Shown piece by piece: positions 62,693 through 64,000 of a stretch of 64,000 nt of DNA. The DNA is from a virus, in the IMG/VR virus record IMGVR_UViG_3300023184_000103, positions 4,273 to 68,272 of that record, one strand, 5' to 3'. Under the pieces are notes generated by a model. That model saw only the letters and a program-made list of their open reading frames with translations, made no database searches and had not been told where the DNA came from. The first letter of the stretch is position 1. Each line of letters begins with the position of its first letter. The position numbers were made by a program, and so were the translations under genes.

Positions 62693-63384
62693 GCAAAGTA
62701 ACCAAGAAACCAAAGGTCTGCAAAGCCGCTGAGTCAGTGGCTGAAGTTGTGCTGCAAACGCAACTACAGGTTGCCCACCACTTCCCCTGTCCAATTTATT
62801 TGATTGACCGCCCTGACTTTTTAGAAGTTGTTGCGTCTATCTCTGAAGAAGCCTTGGCGGAATCCCGTAAGACGCAATCGCTCAATGAAATCTACCCCCT
62901 GTACATGACGGGTAACTACTTTGGTGACCCCCGCATGGCTAAGTTTTCTGAGTTTGTTGGGGCTACGGCTTGGAACATCCTCAATGAGCAAGGCTACGCC
63001 ATGCAGGACAAGGCCGTGCAGTTTACAGAAATGTGGACGCAAGAGCACCACAAGCACTCAGCTATGGACGCGCACGTTCACGGTTTTGGCTCACAGATTG
63101 TGGGCTTCTACTTCCTTGAAACACCAGAAAACTGCTCTCGCGTTGTGTTCCATGACCCCCGTGCTGCCAAGGTGCAGATTGATCTTCCAGAGCAAGACAT
63201 GGGCATGGCAACAGCCGCCAGCAAGATGATCAACTTCACGCCCAAGCCCGGTATGATGATCTTTGCCAACTCATGGCTGATGCACTCGTTCACACGCCAT
63301 GCCGCTGACCTGCCGATCAAGTTTGTCCACTTCAACCTGACGGTAATCCCCCAGCCGCAGTCCTGCCCCGCTGAAGTGATATGA
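62689..63384 (+). CDS. 2OG-Fe(II) oxygenase-like protein (TIGR02466-type), copy 2
   Basis: Near-identical to 6924..7610. Confidence 0.8.
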   Translation: MSKVTKKPKVCKAAESVAEVVLQTQLQVAHHFPCPIYLIDRPDFLEVVASISEEALAESRKTQSLNEIYPLYMTGNYFGDPRMAKFSEFVGATAWNILNEQGYAMQDKAVQFTEMWTQEHHKHSAMDAHVHGFGSQIVGFYFLETPENCSRVVFHDPRAAKVQIDLPEQDMGMATAASKMINFTPKPGMMIFANSWLMHSFTRHAADLPIKFVHFNLTVIPQPQSCPAEVI

Positions 63385-63635
63385 ACACGTACCAAATTCG
63401 GTTCAACAAGTCTCGCGGCCAAGCTGGTCGCGGCACGATGGATCATGTCTGGCGGGTCTTTGAGAACGGCAAAGAGTTTTTGTTTAAGAACCTTGACATC
63501 TCGGTTCCCGTTAAGAGCGAGAAGGATATCAACGGGGTAGACTACAACATCGTGTGCAAAGGCTACTTGAGCATTGACCGAGACACATCTACAGCAGTGA
63601 TCGCTGCAAAAATCAAACAATTGGAACCAGCATGA
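63381..63635 (+). CDS. Conserved hypothetical protein (copy 2)
   Basis: 83/84 aa identical to 7607..7861. Confidence 0.8.
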   Translation: MNTYQIRFNKSRGQAGRGTMDHVWRVFENGKEFLFKNLDISVPVKSEKDINGVDYNIVCKGYLSIDRDTSTAVIAAKIKQLEPA

Positions 63636-64000
63636 GCGAACGCTTCCCCGGTGGCATCATCACAAAGTCCCCAGCGACTCCTACTGGGCCATACCAGACA
63701 GGCACTGCGCCGGGTATCTGGACGCTCGACCAACAGATGCAGTACCAACAGCAAGGTGTCTGGCCTACCGCTGGGCTGTCGCCTAACTACATCGAGGACG
63801 TGTTTAGCACGTACCTTTATACAGGTAATGGCTCTACACAGACGATCACCAACAACATTGACTTGTCTACGTATGGTGGGTTGGTTTGGATTAAAAGCAG
63901 AAGTGGGACGTTCGCCCATAGATTGACTGATACAGCACGGGGCGCAACCAAAGAGTTGGTAAGCAACGCAGTTACTATTGAAGCGACTGTTGCAAACGGC
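63632..64000 (+). CDS. Large tail fibre/spike protein (copy 2), truncated by window end
   Basis: MSERFPGGIITKSPATPTGPYQTG...NYIEDVFSTYLYTGNG, homologous to 7858..9876. Confidence 0.8.
   Translation, partial: MSERFPGGIITKSPATPTGPYQTGTAPGIWTLDQQMQYQQQGVWPTAGLSPNYIEDVFSTYLYTGNGSTQTITNNIDLSTYGGLVWIKSRSGTFAHRLTDTARGATKELVSNAVTIEATVANG

Larger units (their letters stand above)
60102..63900 (+). repeat. Copy 2 of diverged fibre-accessory module
   Basis: Colinear with 5120-8120, plus an HNH gene and an FN3 domain. Confidence 0.9.

Noticed and set aside
5120-63900. Diversity-generating retroelement (TR/VR pair) suggested by two similar fibre regions
   Set aside because: No reverse transcriptase in the window, both copies are coding, and differences are mostly ordinary synonymous changes rather than adenine-specific.
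5120-63900. Simple terminal redundancy or circular overlap
   Set aside because: The copies differ by many substitutions, an HNH gene and an FN3 domain, and their upstream regions are only distantly related.
1-64000. Stop-codon reassignment
   Set aside because: Standard-code ORFs tile the window densely, and TAA, TGA and TAG all end genes at plausible positions.
1-64000. tRNA genes, integrase/att sites, DNA polymerase
   Set aside because: None recognised by eye; a tRNAscan or HMM run would be needed to exclude them formally.

Overview
The whole window is dsDNA tailed-phage sequence with no host genes, integrase, DNA polymerase, tRNA or CRISPR seen. The gene set is podovirus-like and resembles uncultured freshwater phages; the host is unknown. 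About 12.7-64 kb is a near-complete, coherent genome (unit length roughly 56 kb if circular). In order: tail/ejection genes (13-25 kb), minus-strand small early genes and a primase-helicase (25-32 kb), a replication/recombination module (AAA NTPase, DUF669, Cas4-like nuclease, C5 methyltransferase, SF2 helicase, VRR-NUC; 32-40 kb), a repeat-rich intergenic region (41.2-41.7 kb), then terminase, a 1590-aa polyvalent protein, portal, GroES, scaffold, capsid, head completion and fibre genes (41.7-64 kb). The first ~5 kb holds a second, divergent set of head-completion/fibre genes. The accessory fibre module (5.1-8.1 kb) recurs as a diverged copy at 60.1-64 kb, so the contig is a recombinant or chimera of two related phages. 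Best find: the helicase carries a 276-aa intein in its DECH motif with no in-frame endonuclease; a Zn-finger + DUF559/Vsr-like endonuclease is instead encoded in the +1 frame entirely inside the intein. The adjacent methyltransferase also nests a +1-frame ORF (M.EcoHK31I-beta-like). Other highlights: an HNH insertion visible as filled versus empty alleles with a synonymously recoded neighbour, a pseudoknotted RNA behind the capsid gene, a recurrent [MFY]xxGG motif across virion proteins, and a repeated promoter-plus-hairpin element. All family calls are from motif recognition by eye, not database searches.
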